Shown piece after piece: positions 20,114-30,353 of a stretch of DNA of 64,000 bases. A program made the position numbers and the translations under genes. Origin of the DNA: an uncultured Acidimicrobiaceae bacterium (GTDB lineage Bacteria; Actinomycetota; Acidimicrobiia; Spongiisociales; ZC4RG35); contig CAZTXD010000001.1 in NCBI GenBank assembly GCA_964617995.1, forward strand, positions 6,383-70,382, read 5' to 3'. The notes beneath the pieces were generated by a model, which saw only the letters and a list, made by a program, of their open reading frames with translations, did no database searches and had not been told where the DNA came from. How positions within the stretch are numbered: the first letter of the stretch is position 1; the number at the start of each line of letters is the position of its first letter.

Positions 20114-21084
20114 CCGGCGGCGACCCGGGCAGTGATCCGCTCCACCAGGTCCGCCTCTGCCCCGTCCCGGGCCATGCGGAGGGCGTTCTCGATCGATCGA
20201 GCGGTGGAGGAGCCATGGGAGACCACCACCACACCCGACACTCCCAGGAGATGGCCTCCGCCGTATGTTTCGGGGTCGAGACGGGTGTGCAGCTCGTGGA
20301 GTATCGAGATCACCTGCTCGCGTGCCGAGGGGTCCAAATGAGAGATGGCGTCGGCGGTCATTCTCGCCACCATACGAGCGGTGCCCTCCACTGCCTTCAG
20401 GAACACGTTGCCGGTGAAGCCGTCGGTCACGATGACGTCGGCCCGGTCCGTTCCGACATCACGACCCTCGACGTTGCCGACGAAGTTCAAGCCCGACTCC
20501 AAGAGCAGCTCGTAGGCCGCTCTCTCCAATGTCCTGCCCTTGCCCTTCTCCTCGCCGTTGGAAAGCAAGCCCACCCGGGGTACCTCCAGCCCCAGGAATA
20601 CCTCGGCCGCAACCGTTCCCATCAGAGCGAACTGAAGGAGATGTTCGGCCTTGACGTCCGGGTTGGCTCCCGAGTCCAGGACGACGGTGGGGCTGGGAGG
20701 CGTCGGCCACAGCGACGCGATGGAGGGACGGGAGACACCGGCGACCCGACCCACCAGGATCGCGGCCGCCGCCAGCGATGCACCAGTCGAACCGGCCGAC
20801 ACGAAACCGGCTGCCTCCCCCGACCGAACCATGCGGGCCGCGACCGACACCGACGACGACGGCTTCTCCCGGAGGGCCCGAGCCGGGTCGTCGCCCATGC
20901 CGACCACGTCGGGGGCGTGGACCACGGGGAGTTCGGCGCCGCGGGCCTCCAGCTCGGCCGACACAGCCGATTCGTCCCCTATCAGCATCACCTCGACCCC
21001 GGCGGCGGCTGCGGCTACTGCTCCGGCCACCGGCTCAGCGGGGGCGTGGTCCCCGCCCATGGCGTCGAGGGCTATCAGTGACAA
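20110..21084 (-). CDS. plsX: Phosphate acyltransferase PlsX
   Basis: 324 aa with full-length PlsX similarity. TTG start. Its stop overlaps the rnc start. Confidence 0.85.
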   Translation of the reverse strand: MSLIALDAMGGDHAPAEPVAGAVAAAAAGVEVMLIGDESAVSAELEARGAELPVVHAPDVVGMGDDPARALREKPSSSVSVAARMVRSGEAAGFVSAGSTGASLAAAAILVGRVAGVSRPSIASLWPTPPSPTVVLDSGANPDVKAEHLLQFALMGTVAAEVFLGLEVPRVGLLSNGEEKGKGRTLERAAYELLLESGLNFVGNVEGRDVGTDRADVIVTDGFTGNVFLKAVEGTARMVARMTADAISHLDPSAREQVISILHELHTRLDPETYGGGHLLGVSGVVVVSHGSSTARSIENALRMARDGAEADLVERITARVAAG

Positions 21085-21087
21085 GGG

Positions 21088-21264
21088 TCAATCGACCTCT
21101 ATGACCTCACGGCCCTTGTAGTGGCCACAGTTGGAGCAAGCCCGGTGGGGCAGCTTCGTGGCCTTGCATTGCGGGCAGGTCGACGTGGTGGGCCGGCCGA
21201 CCTTCCAGGCGGCCTTACGCTGCCGGGTGCGGCTGCGTGACATCTTCTTCTTGGGCACCGCCAT
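21088..21264 (-). CDS. rpmF: 50S ribosomal protein L32
   Basis: 58 aa: MAVPKKKMSRSRTRQRKAAWK...CPQCK...CSNCG. Too short for the supplied ORF track, so it was found by manual translation. Confidence 0.85.
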   Translation of the reverse strand: MAVPKKKMSRSRTRQRKAAWKVGRPTTSTCPQCKATKLPHRACSNCGHYKGREVIEVD

Positions 21265-21282
21265 GGCAGCACTCCTCCGTCG

Positions 21283-21774
21283 TCAGTGGTCGGGGGGATC
21301 GAAAAGGCCCTGCAGGACGGCGAAAGGCGAGCTGGAGGGATCGTCGTGACCGCCGCAGGGATCCTCATTCAAGTCGGTTCCGCACGTCGGACAAAGTCCC
21401 GCGCAGTCCGGTCGACAGAGCGGTCGCACTGGAACCGCCAGGGCGATCTCGTCGCGCACGGGACCGAACAGGTCGACGGTGTCGTCGGAGCCGAGGGCGT
21501 AGCCGTCCTCGTCGGGCTCGTTCTCGTAGACTTGCACCGCCGACGCCTCGATCCGGTCGTGCCATTCCGACAGGCACCGGGTGCACACCAACCGCGCCCT
21601 CACCGTCGCTGTGAAGCGGGCGAGTACCCCCGAGTCGATCCCCTCCAGGACGGCGCTGACCGCCGCCGCGTCGTCGACCCGGGACTCTCCCACGCTCAGC
21701 GCGAGGTCGACCGTCCCCTCCTCCGACCTCCGCTCGCCGGGCTTGTCGATGAGGTCCGCCACCGGGAGCCGCAT
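21283..21774 (-). CDS. yceD: YceD/DUF177 family protein (large ribosomal subunit accumulation)
   Basis: 163 aa from an internal ATG. Carries the C-terminal Cys cluster CPTCGTDLNEDPCG typical of DUF177. It sits in the classic yceD-rpmF-plsX arrangement. Confidence 0.7.
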   Translation of the reverse strand: MRLPVADLIDKPGERRSEEGTVDLALSVGESRVDDAAAVSAVLEGIDSGVLARFTATVRARLVCTRCLSEWHDRIEASAVQVYENEPDEDGYALGSDDTVDLFGPVRDEIALAVPVRPLCRPDCAGLCPTCGTDLNEDPCGGHDDPSSSPFAVLQGLFDPPDH

Positions 21775-21779
21775 GCCGC

Positions 21780-22403
21780 TCACAACGGGACATCCGGCGG
21801 CTTGGGACGGGCGCGATGCAGTTCCTCGCGGGAGAAGTGCACCTTGCCCAGGAGCTCGCTGAGCAGGTTCTCCACCCTCTCGAGGCTCTGCTCGATCTCG
21901 TCCTCTGCTTCCAGCCGGAGACGCCGCGCCTCCCCTTCCGCTCTTCGCACCAGCATGTTCGCCTCCTCTACGGCCTCGGCGACTATGTGTGACTCCGAGA
22001 CGAGTCTCCGCGATTCCACCTTCGCCTTGTCGATGATGTCCTGGGCCTTCTCGTTGGTGCGGGCGATGAATGCCTCCCGCTCCCGCACCATCCAGCGGGC
22101 TGCGCGCAACTCGTCGGGTAGCTCGTCGCGCAGCCGTTCCAGCATCACGAGGAACTGTTCGCGGTCGACGAGAACACTCGACGACAAGGGCATCGTCTTG
22201 GCTTCGTGGAGGTGCGCGATCAGGTCGTCCACCATGTCCTGCAACTCGCCAACCGACGCCCGGGGGCGGGGAGCGTCGATGGCCCCCGCCACCACCTCCT
22301 GAGAGGAGGGTGCGTAGCCGTCGGCGTCCTCCCGATGCTCGTCGGGCTGGTGTTGCGGCTCGTCTTCGACCGTTTCTGTCTGATGATCGTCGTTGTAGGT
22401 CAT
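21780..22403 (-). CDS. Coiled-coil DivIVA-domain-like protein (SepIVA/Rv2927c-like)
   Basis: 207 aa. Acidic N-terminus followed by long coiled coils. It lies between coaD and yceD, as Rv2927c does in mycobacteria. ATGA overlap with the coaD stop. Confidence 0.4.
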   Translation of the reverse strand: MTYNDDHQTETVEDEPQHQPDEHREDADGYAPSSQEVVAGAIDAPRPRASVGELQDMVDDLIAHLHEAKTMPLSSSVLVDREQFLVMLERLRDELPDELRAARWMVREREAFIARTNEKAQDIIDKAKVESRRLVSESHIVAEAVEEANMLVRRAEGEARRLRLEAEDEIEQSLERVENLLSELLGKVHFSREELHRARPKPPDVPL

Positions 22404-22867
22404 CGCAATCGCTCCTCGAGCGCCCGGGCCACGTGCTCGGGCACGAGCCCCTCATATGACCCCCCCAGTCTGGCAACCTCACGCACCAAGGACGAGGACA
22501 GATACGACCATTCGGGATTGGTGGGGAGGAAGACCGTCTCGACCTGCGCCATGGAGCGGTTCATCTGGGCCATCTGCAGCTCGTAGTCGAAGTCGCTAAC
22601 CGCCCGAAGCCCCTTCACGATGACGTCGACGCCCACCTGATGAGCGAAGTCCACCAATAGACCATCGAAGGTCTTCACCTCGACATCCCCGTCGAAGGCG
22701 TCGACGATCATCGCACTGCGTTCCTCCACGGAGAACATCGGCTCCTTGGACGGATTGGCGACCACCGCCACCACCACTCGGTCGAAGATCTGACGAGAGC
22801 GACCTATCACGTCGACATGACCGTTGGTCGGGGGGTCGAAGCTGCCCGGGCACAGTGCTGTCGTCAT
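22400..22867 (-). CDS. coaD: Phosphopantetheine adenylyltransferase
   Basis: 155 aa from an internal ATG (MTTALCPGSFDPPTNGH with the HxGH motif). ATGA overlap with the rsmD stop. Confidence 0.85.
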   Translation of the reverse strand: MTTALCPGSFDPPTNGHVDVIGRSRQIFDRVVVAVVANPSKEPMFSVEERSAMIVDAFDGDVEVKTFDGLLVDFAHQVGVDVIVKGLRAVSDFDYELQMAQMNRSMAQVETVFLPTNPEWSYLSSSLVREVARLGGSYEGLVPEHVARALEERLR

Positions 22868-23415
22868 GTCTCCTCGACTTCCTTGACGTAGCGGTAGATT
22901 CTGGTGTCGCCGTAGCGTCGATCGGCGGCAACCCGCCAACTTTCGGGGGGCGAGGGGGTCCGATCCTTCGCCCGGCGGCTCACTACCACCTCACCGTCCG
23001 GCTCCAGGATCGGGTCGACGAGGCGGAGCTGGCGGTCGATCTGGTCGGTGGCGAGATCCCAGGGTGGGTCGATGAAGACGAGATGGTAGGTATTCCCGCC
23101 AGGTGAGGAGAGGAAACCGTCGACCGTCGAGGAGATGACCGTTCCCCCTATCCCCAGAGCGGCGACGTTCCGGCGGAGAGCATCGATGGCCGAACGTCCC
23201 CGTTCCACGAAGGTGGCGTCGTCGGCGCCGCGACTGAGGGCTTCGAGACCGTAGGACCCCGAGCCGGCGTAGAGGTCGAGGACCCGGGCGCCCTCGACCC
23301 AGGCACCGATCGCCGAGAAGACCGCCTCCCGGACCCGATCGGTCGCCGGCCGGGTCTCGTCGGGATCGGGGACGACGAGACGACGTCCCTTGGCAGAGCC
23401 CGTGATGATCCGCAT
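22864..23415 (-). CDS. rsmD: 16S rRNA (guanine966-N2)-methyltransferase RsmD
   Basis: 183 aa from an internal ATG (MRIITGSAKGRRL...). SAM-binding DLYAGSGSYGLEA motif and the FIDPPW substrate motif. Confidence 0.8.
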   Translation of the reverse strand: MRIITGSAKGRRLVVPDPDETRPATDRVREAVFSAIGAWVEGARVLDLYAGSGSYGLEALSRGADDATFVERGRSAIDALRRNVAALGIGGTVISSTVDGFLSSPGGNTYHLVFIDPPWDLATDQIDRQLRLVDPILEPDGEVVVSRRAKDRTPSPPESWRVAADRRYGDTRIYRYVKEVEET

Positions 23416-23455
23416 ACCTGCCACGCTAGAGGAACACGTCTGCCACCATGACGGC

Positions 23456-23815
23456 ATGGCCAACAACGTGCTCGGGGAACCGCTGATGCCATGTGCTCTC
23501 GACCCGCTGACCGGCTTCTACCGGGACGGGTGCTGCAACACGGGCCCCGAGGACATCGGCCGTCACGTGGTATGCGCCGAGATGACCGCCGAGTTCCTGG
23601 AGTTCTCCAGGTCTGTGGGCAACGACCTGTCGACGCCCATGCCCACCTACGGGTTCGAAGGCTTGAAACCGGGGGATCGCTGGTGCCTGTGTGCCTCTCG
23701 CTGGCAGGAGGCCTACGAGGCGGGACAGGCACCTAAGGTGATTCTCGCTTCCACCCACGAAGGCGCCCTGGAGATATGCGACCTCGACACCCTCCGCTCC
23801 CACGCCCTCCTCTGA
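23456..23815 (+). CDS. DUF2237-family protein
   Basis: 119 aa from an internal ATG (MANNVLGEPL...). Several conserved Cys residues are typical of DUF2237. Confidence 0.5.
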   Translation: MANNVLGEPLMPCALDPLTGFYRDGCCNTGPEDIGRHVVCAEMTAEFLEFSRSVGNDLSTPMPTYGFEGLKPGDRWCLCASRWQEAYEAGQAPKVILASTHEGALEICDLDTLRSHALL

Positions 23816-23817
23816 CA

Positions 23818-25995
23818 TCAGGCGCGGGCTTTGGTGAAGAGGCGCTCGACGTCCTCACCGAGGAGCGCGCGGATCTCCTCGGCCAGCTCGGGATGGCCCT
23901 CCAGGCCCGGGTCGTCATCGACGAGGGCGAACGCCTCCCGACGGGCCACCTCCAGCAGGTCGAAGTCGCGCAGGACGTCGGCGAGGTGCAGGTCGGTCAT
24001 ACCCGACTGGCGCATCCCGAACACGGTTCCTTGTCCCCTGATCCTGAGGTCCTCGCTGGCGAGGACGAATCCGTCGTTGGTGGAGACCATGGCGGCGATT
24101 CGGGCCTCGGCCTCCTCGGTGGACGGGTCGGCGATCAACCAGCACGTCCCCGGCTGGTCGCCCCGTCCCACCCGCCCCCGAAGCTGATGCAGCTGCGACA
24201 GGCCGAAGCGGTCGGCATCTTCGATGACCATGACCGTGGCGTTGGGAACGTCGATCCCCACCTCGATGACCGTGGTGGACACCAGCACGTCGATCTCCCC
24301 GCCCCGGAGAGCCGCCATCACCTCCTCCTTCTCCCGGGGTGGAAGCTGGCCGTGGATGAGACCGAGGCGGAGACCCTCCAGGACGCCCCGCAGCCGCTCG
24401 TACTCGGCAGTGGCGGACGCCGCCTCTACCTTGGGGCTCTCCTCCACCAGCGGACAGACGACGAAAGCCTGACGGCCACCGGCTGCCTCCCGGCGTACCG
24501 CCTCCCACACTCGTTCCTGGTGCTCTCCCCCCACTAGCTGCGTTGCCACAGGCGTCCTGCCCGGTGGCATCTCGTCGATGACCGACACGTCGAGATCGCC
24601 GTACAGGGTCATCGAGAGCGTGCGGGGAATGGGCGTGGCGGTCATGATCAGCAGATCGGGGTCTACACCCGAGGCTTTGTCCCGCAGCTCCACCCGCTGA
24701 GCCACGCCGAAGCGATGCTGCTCGTCCACCACCGCCACACCCAGCCGGTGGAACACGACTCCTTCCTGGATCAGGGCGTGGGTTCCCACCACGAGCTGAG
24801 CCTCTCCCGACCGTATCGCCTCCAGCACCTGGGAGCGGGAGGCGGACGGCCGATGGGACAGCAGCGCCCTGGTCCCGGTGAGGAGGGCGATGCGCACGGC
24901 GGGTGACTCGTGTTCGCCGAACAGCGATTCCATCCCCAAACCAGCTCCTTCGCCTTCGATCTCGGGGTCGAGACCTGCCAGGGTGAGGAGATCGCTCACG
25001 GCCAGGTAGTGCTGCTCGGCGAGCACTTCGGTGGGCGCCATGATCGCTCCTTGCCAATCCCCTTCCACTCCCGAGAGAAGCGTGGCCACCGCCACCACCG
25101 TCTTACCCGAACCCACCTCCCCCTGCAGCAGCCGATGCATGGCGTGGGGACGGCCGAGATCGGCATCGATCTCGGCCAGGACACGGCGTTGGGCGGCCGT
25201 GAGGTCATAGGGAAGGCCGGAGAGGAACCGGTCACGGAGGAACCGATCGCCGCTGTGGGCAACCCCCCGCGATTCGGTCTCCTGACGCTTCTTCTGCAGG
25301 GCCAGAGCAACCTCCAGCCGGAACAGCTCGTCGAACGCCAGCCGGTTCCTGGCCGGCTCGACATCCTCGATGCTGTCCGGGAAGTGGATCGCACCCAGCG
25401 CCCAGTCCCGGTCGACCACGGATGCGGTCTCCACGATCGCTGCCGGTACGACGTCGGGAACGGGCCGGCTGCGCTGCAAGGCGTTGTGGATCGCCCTTCT
25501 GATGACGCCCGGTGTCACCTCCCCGACAGCCGGGTGGATCGGCACGACCCTTCCCGTTGCCAGCGGCTCGCTCGGCGACGAGAGCTTGTCGACGGTGGGG
25601 TTCTTCATCTGCAGCCGCTTCCCGTACCGCTCGACCTTCCCCGACAACGCCACCTCCGAGTCGGTGTCGAGTTCCTGGGCGAGGTACGTCTGGTTGAACC
25701 AGACCGCCTTCATCGCCGAGCTGCCGTCGGTCACCGATGCTTCGACGATGGCCAGGTTGCGACGTGGCTTGCGCACCGACACCGTACGGACCTTCACGAC
25801 GACGGTCACTTCCTCGTCGAGGGGGATCTCCGCTATGGGCACTCTTCGGGAACGGTCGATGTAGGCCCGGGGAACATGCATCAGCAAGTCCCCCACCGTG
25901 TGGATTCCGGCCCGGTGCAGAGCGGCGCCCCGCTTGCCGCGGAGGCTCTTCACCTCGCCGACTGCAACCGACGCCAGACGGCTCAGCGTGGCCAC
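23818..25995 (-). CDS. recG: ATP-dependent DNA helicase RecG
   Basis: 725 aa. N-terminal wedge/OB domain and helicase motifs (GDVGSGKT, DEQHRFG). Confidence 0.9.
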   Translation of the reverse strand: MATLSRLASVAVGEVKSLRGKRGAALHRAGIHTVGDLLMHVPRAYIDRSRRVPIAEIPLDEEVTVVVKVRTVSVRKPRRNLAIVEASVTDGSSAMKAVWFNQTYLAQELDTDSEVALSGKVERYGKRLQMKNPTVDKLSSPSEPLATGRVVPIHPAVGEVTPGVIRRAIHNALQRSRPVPDVVPAAIVETASVVDRDWALGAIHFPDSIEDVEPARNRLAFDELFRLEVALALQKKRQETESRGVAHSGDRFLRDRFLSGLPYDLTAAQRRVLAEIDADLGRPHAMHRLLQGEVGSGKTVVAVATLLSGVEGDWQGAIMAPTEVLAEQHYLAVSDLLTLAGLDPEIEGEGAGLGMESLFGEHESPAVRIALLTGTRALLSHRPSASRSQVLEAIRSGEAQLVVGTHALIQEGVVFHRLGVAVVDEQHRFGVAQRVELRDKASGVDPDLLIMTATPIPRTLSMTLYGDLDVSVIDEMPPGRTPVATQLVGGEHQERVWEAVRREAAGGRQAFVVCPLVEESPKVEAASATAEYERLRGVLEGLRLGLIHGQLPPREKEEVMAALRGGEIDVLVSTTVIEVGIDVPNATVMVIEDADRFGLSQLHQLRGRVGRGDQPGTCWLIADPSTEEAEARIAAMVSTNDGFVLASEDLRIRGQGTVFGMRQSGMTDLHLADVLRDFDLLEVARREAFALVDDDPGLEGHPELAEEIRALLGEDVERLFTKARA

Positions 25996-26002
25996 CGGCC
26001 GG

Positions 26003-27625
26003 TCACTCCACTGAGATCAGATAGGGATACACGGGCTGTCCCCCCTCCACGGCCATCACCTCTATGCCGGGGTGGGTGTCGACGACCCAGGCCTCCAGCG
26101 CCTTGGTGTCGGAACGGGATGCCCCCTCGCCGGTGTAGACGGTGACCAGCTCCGCCTGACGGGGGAGGATCGCCGCCACCAGGCCCCGCAGCGTTGCGAA
26201 ACGATCCTGGTCGGCCACCACCACCCGCCCGTCGGCGACCCCCAGCCAGTCTCCCTCCTTCACGGTCCATCCGTCGACCTTGGCCGGGCGGACGGCCCGG
26301 GTCACTTCCCCGAAGTCGATGGCACCCGCCGCCACGGCCATGTCCTCCAGCAGGGCCTCCACGTCCGTGGCGCCGGGAACGTACCCGAGCATCGCCGCCA
26401 GACCCTGGGTGATACTGCGGGTGGGCACCACCTCCACCGTCTTCGTGGTCAGACCGTTCACCTGCTCGGCGACGGGAACGACGTTCTTGTTGTTGGGCAG
26501 GACCACCACCACCCGGGCGGGCGCATCCTCCACGGCGGCCAGCACGTCTTCCACGCTGGGGTTGGCGGTCTGGCCTCCCAGCACCACCTGCTGGACCCCG
26601 AGCCGGCGGAACCGCTCCACCAGCCCAGCCCCGTACGCCACCACCACCACACCTATCGGGGCCGCCAGCACCTCTGGCAGGGGGCTGAAGCCTCCGGCCG
26701 CCACATCCGCCTCCAGGGCGCCCACCTGGTCACGGAGATCGGTGATGCGGATTCCCCGGGGCCTCCCCGCTTCGACGCCTGCCTCGACGGCGGCACCGAT
26801 GTCGTCGGTGTGGATATGGCAGTTCCACAGTCCATCCCCACCCACCACCACGATCGAGTCGCCCATATCCGCCCAGCGTCGTCGGAACACCGCAACCTGC
26901 TCGTCGGGGGCCTCCAGGAAGTACATCACCTCGTATCGTGGCCCCAGGCGGCCGGCGCCGGTGGTGTCCACGAGAGCTGATTCGGGCTGAGCCGTGAGGA
27001 GCCGGTCGGGCAGCTCAGGCCCGGTGCCGGTCGTCACCTCCACGAACGCGGCCACCAGCAGCAGGTAGCCGGCCCCGCCGGCGTCGACCACCCCTGCCTC
27101 CTTGAGTGCCGGGAGCAGCTCGGGGGTCTCCTCCAGGGCGGAGACAGCGCGGGCATACACGGCATCGAGGAGGATTCCCAGGTCGCCTGCCCGGGTCCCG
27201 ACCTCGCTCGCCGCCTGGGCCGACGCCTCGAGGACGGTGAGAATGGTTCCCTCCACGGGCCGCTCGACAGCCCGATAGGCAGCAGTCGAGGCCGCCGCGA
27301 GAGCTTCGACCATGTCCTCTGCCTCCACCGTCCCTCGCGGACGCAGCGACTCGGCCAGGCCCCGCAGGACCTGAGAGAGTATCACCCCCGAGTTGCCGGC
27401 GGCTCCGACGAGGGACCCGTGCCCGAGAGCGGTCATCACCTCGTCCATGGTGCTGGCCTCCTCCAGGTGGCGAACCACCGAGTCGACCGTGGAAACCAGG
27501 TTGGAGCCGGTGTCACCGTCGGGCACCGGGTACACGTTGAGGTCGTTGAGGGCGTGCCGATAGGTGTTCAACAGCCTCTGATAGACCGAGAACACCTTCT
27601 TCACGTCCAGTGGTGACAAGCTCAC
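26003..27625 (-). CDS. DAK2-domain fusion protein YloV
   Basis: 540 aa. N-terminal Dak2-like domain ([11 protein letters not shown]). Lies immediately downstream of recG, the conserved yloV position. Confidence 0.75.
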   Translation of the reverse strand: MSLSPLDVKKVFSVYQRLLNTYRHALNDLNVYPVPDGDTGSNLVSTVDSVVRHLEEASTMDEVMTALGHGSLVGAAGNSGVILSQVLRGLAESLRPRGTVEAEDMVEALAAASTAAYRAVERPVEGTILTVLEASAQAASEVGTRAGDLGILLDAVYARAVSALEETPELLPALKEAGVVDAGGAGYLLLVAAFVEVTTGTGPELPDRLLTAQPESALVDTTGAGRLGPRYEVMYFLEAPDEQVAVFRRRWADMGDSIVVVGGDGLWNCHIHTDDIGAAVEAGVEAGRPRGIRITDLRDQVGALEADVAAGGFSPLPEVLAAPIGVVVVAYGAGLVERFRRLGVQQVVLGGQTANPSVEDVLAAVEDAPARVVVVLPNNKNVVPVAEQVNGLTTKTVEVVPTRSITQGLAAMLGYVPGATDVEALLEDMAVAAGAIDFGEVTRAVRPAKVDGWTVKEGDWLGVADGRVVVADQDRFATLRGLVAAILPRQAELVTVYTGEGASRSDTKALEAWVVDTHPGIEVMAVEGGQPVYPYLISVE

Positions 27626-27729
27626 GGGTTGGGAGGATACCGACCCGGCAGGGTGGCGTCCTCCAACTAGATTCGCTCCCGACTACACCCCGCGGGTATC
27701 CTTCTCCGTTCCCCAGGAGTTCCCCCGAA

Positions 27730-27918
27730 ATGTCATACCACTGTGAAATCTGTGGGAAGGGGCCCAGCTACGGCAAGTCCGTCAGCTTCTCCCACAAGCG
27801 CAACAACCGACGCTGGCTGCCCAACGTCCAGCGGATCCGTGTCCGGCATGGATCCAACACACGCCGGGCCCGGGTCTGCACCTCGTGCATCCGCGCCGGC
27901 AAGGTCGAGAAGGCCTGA
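27730..27918 (+). CDS. rpmB: 50S ribosomal protein L28
   Basis: 62 aa: [38 protein letters not shown]... is a typical L28 sequence. Confidence 0.85.
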   Translation: MSYHCEICGKGPSYGKSVSFSHKRNNRRWLPNVQRIRVRHGSNTRRARVCTSCIRAGKVEKA

Positions 27919-27925
27919 TCGTCCC

Positions 27926-28144
27926 TTGGCCGTCCAGGGCGTCGTCCAGACCTACGATCCCGCCTCCGGAGTGGGTGTGGTCGTCAGGGACGACGACCAC
28001 CAGGAGGTCTACCTCCGGCCCGGCTCCCTGCGCGGCTCCATATTCCGCACCCTACGTCAGGGGCAACGGATCGTCTTCGACCTGACCGAGGAGGAGGGAT
28101 CCTCCTACGTCTCCAACGTACGGGTCGGCCAGGACTCCTACTGA
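27926..28144 (+). CDS. Cold-shock-domain-like small OB-fold protein
   Basis: About 72 aa with a TTG start 8 nt after rpmB. GVVQTYDPASGVGVVV...EVYLRPGSL...GQRIVFDL follows the cold-shock-domain spacing pattern. The start codon is uncertain. Confidence 0.4.
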   Translation: MAVQGVVQTYDPASGVGVVVRDDDHQEVYLRPGSLRGSIFRTLRQGQRIVFDLTEEEGSSYVSNVRVGQDSY

Positions 28145-28279
28145 CCCCTCACACCGTCGCCCTGAGCTGCCCGCCACCCACAGCTGCCTGCCGGCATTCG
28201 CCGCCGCGTTCGGTCCGGGGAGGCACGCCCGGGCAGCCACCGGTATAGTCCCCCACCACCCGAGACAACAGGAGGGTTA

Positions 28280-28513
28280 GTGGTTCAGGCCTATGTGCTC
28301 ATCCAGACCGAAGTGGGCAAGGCGGCCCTGGTTGCCGAAGAGGTCCGGGAGATTCCCGGAGTGGACACCGCCGACGACGTGACGGGCCCGTACGACGTGA
28401 TAGTCAAGGCCACCGCCGACGATGTGGATGCCCTCGGCAAGCTCGTTGTCGCCAAGATCCAGGCGATCGAGGGAATCACCCGGACCCTCACCTGCCCCGT
28501 GGTGAACCTCTAG
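28280..28513 (+). CDS. Stand-alone Lrp/AsnC ligand-binding (RAM) domain protein
   Basis: 77 aa. GTG start with an AGGAGGG ribosome-binding site 7 nt upstream. Shows a RAM-domain pattern. Confidence 0.5.
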   Translation: MVQAYVLIQTEVGKAALVAEEVREIPGVDTADDVTGPYDVIVKATADDVDALGKLVVAKIQAIEGITRTLTCPVVNL

Positions 28514-28525
28514 CCCACACCAGGG

Positions 28526-29605
28526 TCATCCCAGCTTGGAAGCAATGGTGCCGGCGTTGCGGAGAGCCGTCCCGTCCGAACCGCTGGTCGAGTAGCTGCG
28601 GGCAGGGGCCGCCGCCGCCTCCGCGACCATGTCCTCGAAGAGCCGCCGGCGCGCCAGAGGAGGGTCGATCCACAGGTACGCCGCCATCGAGCCGGGAATG
28701 GTGTTGACCTCGTTCACCCACAGCTCCCCCTCCCTCTCCAGGAAGTCGATCCGGGCGATGCCCCTGATCCCGGCCACCCCAGTTACCTGCCGTGCCAGGT
28801 CCCTCAACGACGCCGACACCTCGTCGTCGACACTCGCCGGGAGCTCTCTTCCCGACGACACCTCACCGCCCCACGCCAGGTATTTCTGGTCGTAGCCGTA
28901 GATGCCGCCCTCAGCCCGGGAGGGGGCCTCTATCGCCGAGAGTTCCACCGCAGGATGGGTGCGGACGGCTACCTGGAGGTCACGGCTACCGGCCAGGAAA
29001 GGCTCGACCACGCCCCCCTGGGCGTAGAAAGGGGAACGTTCGACCAGAGCGACCGCCGTTTCACGGTCCTCGACCACCTCGATGCCGATGGAAGAGCCCC
29101 CGAATCGCGGCTTGACGATGTAGGGCCCGTCGAAGGGAATGAGTGGCTCGGTCCGGGGTGCCAGGAGGATCCGGGAGAGGGTGGGGAGCCCGGCGACGGC
29201 CATCACCGCCCCGAACGCGAACTTGTCCATTCCCAGTGCAGATGCAGCCTGGCCGGGTCCCGTGTACTTGATCCGGGCCAGGTCGAGCGACCCCTGCAGG
29301 GTTCCGTCCTCCCCTGGCCCGCCATGGCAGGCGATAACGGCCACCTCGAAGTCGAGAGCCTTTCTCTTCTCGAGGAACCCGCCTCCCGGGGACGCCACGA
29401 ACGACAGCGAACGCGCTCTCCGGGGCACACCGTCGACGAAGTCCTCCGCCTCCGCGGCGGCGTCGACCCGATACCACTCCCCCGACTTCGCCCAATAGAG
29501 AGCCGCCGGGTCGCCGGGAAGCGCACGGGCGACCTGAAGCCCGGTCAGGATCGAGATGTCGTGCTCATCACTTGGCCCTCCGAAGAGGACGGCGGCCTCT
29601 GTCAT
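28526..29605 (-). CDS. ddl: D-alanine--D-alanine ligase
   Basis: 359 aa with ATP-grasp Ddl similarity along the whole length. Confidence 0.85.
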   Translation of the reverse strand: MTEAAVLFGGPSDEHDISILTGLQVARALPGDPAALYWAKSGEWYRVDAAAEAEDFVDGVPRRARSLSFVASPGGGFLEKRKALDFEVAVIACHGGPGEDGTLQGSLDLARIKYTGPGQAASALGMDKFAFGAVMAVAGLPTLSRILLAPRTEPLIPFDGPYIVKPRFGGSSIGIEVVEDRETAVALVERSPFYAQGGVVEPFLAGSRDLQVAVRTHPAVELSAIEAPSRAEGGIYGYDQKYLAWGGEVSSGRELPASVDDEVSASLRDLARQVTGVAGIRGIARIDFLEREGELWVNEVNTIPGSMAAYLWIDPPLARRRLFEDMVAEAAAAPARSYSTSGSDGTALRNAGTIASKLG

Positions 29606-29675
29606 GGTCGAGATGGTACGGCCCGTCCCGCCGATGATGGTTCATCGGGGCCGCAGGCGTTGTCATACTGGCGAT

Positions 29676-30353
29676 GTGGATGGGCTCATCCTCCTGGTCG
29701 AAGACGATCGATCGATCCGCGAGATCACGCGGATCGGGCTCAGCGACGCCGGCTTCGGGGTCGTGACCGCCGCAGACGGAGACGAGGCACTCGCCTGCTT
29801 CCGCAAGGACCGACCCGACGCCGTGGTCCTGGACGTCATGCTGCCCCGCCGCGACGGCCTGGAGGTCCTGCGTTCGATACGGGAGTCGTCGGCGACGCCG
29901 GTGGTGATGCTGACGGCCCGGGACGGCACCAGCGATGTCGTGGTGGGCCTGGAGCTGGGAGCCGACGACTACGTGACCAAGCCCTTCGAGATGCCGATCC
30001 TGGTGGCCCGGTTGCGGGCCGCGCTGCGCAAGTCGGCCCGCACCGAAGGCCGGGAGTCATTGGCGGTCGGGGATGTCACAGTCGATGTGGGCGGACATCG
30101 TGTCGTCCGTGACGGCCGGGAGATCGACCTGTCGCCCACCGAGTTTCGGCTGCTCGTCGAGTTGGCGTCCCGACCCGGTCGGGTCTTCACCCGCGAGCTG
30201 CTGCTCGAGAACGTGTGGGGTTACCCCGCCGTCGGCGACACCCGCCTCGTCGACGTGGCGATCCAGCGGCTGCGAGCGAAGCTGGAACGAGACCCATCCC
30301 GACCGCAGCTGATCGAGACCGTACGCGGCTTCGGGTACCGCGCCGCCCGATGA
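29676..30353 (+). CDS. mtrA: OmpR-family response regulator, MtrA-like
   Basis: 225 aa from the GTG at 29676. Receiver domain (LLVEDD...D) plus a winged-helix domain. Precedes an HK and an LpqB-like lipoprotein. Confidence 0.7.
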   Translation: MDGLILLVEDDRSIREITRIGLSDAGFGVVTAADGDEALACFRKDRPDAVVLDVMLPRRDGLEVLRSIRESSATPVVMLTARDGTSDVVVGLELGADDYVTKPFEMPILVARLRAALRKSARTEGRESLAVGDVTVDVGGHRVVRDGREIDLSPTEFRLLVELASRPGRVFTRELLLENVWGYPAVGDTRLVDVAIQRLRAKLERDPSRPQLIETVRGFGYRAAR

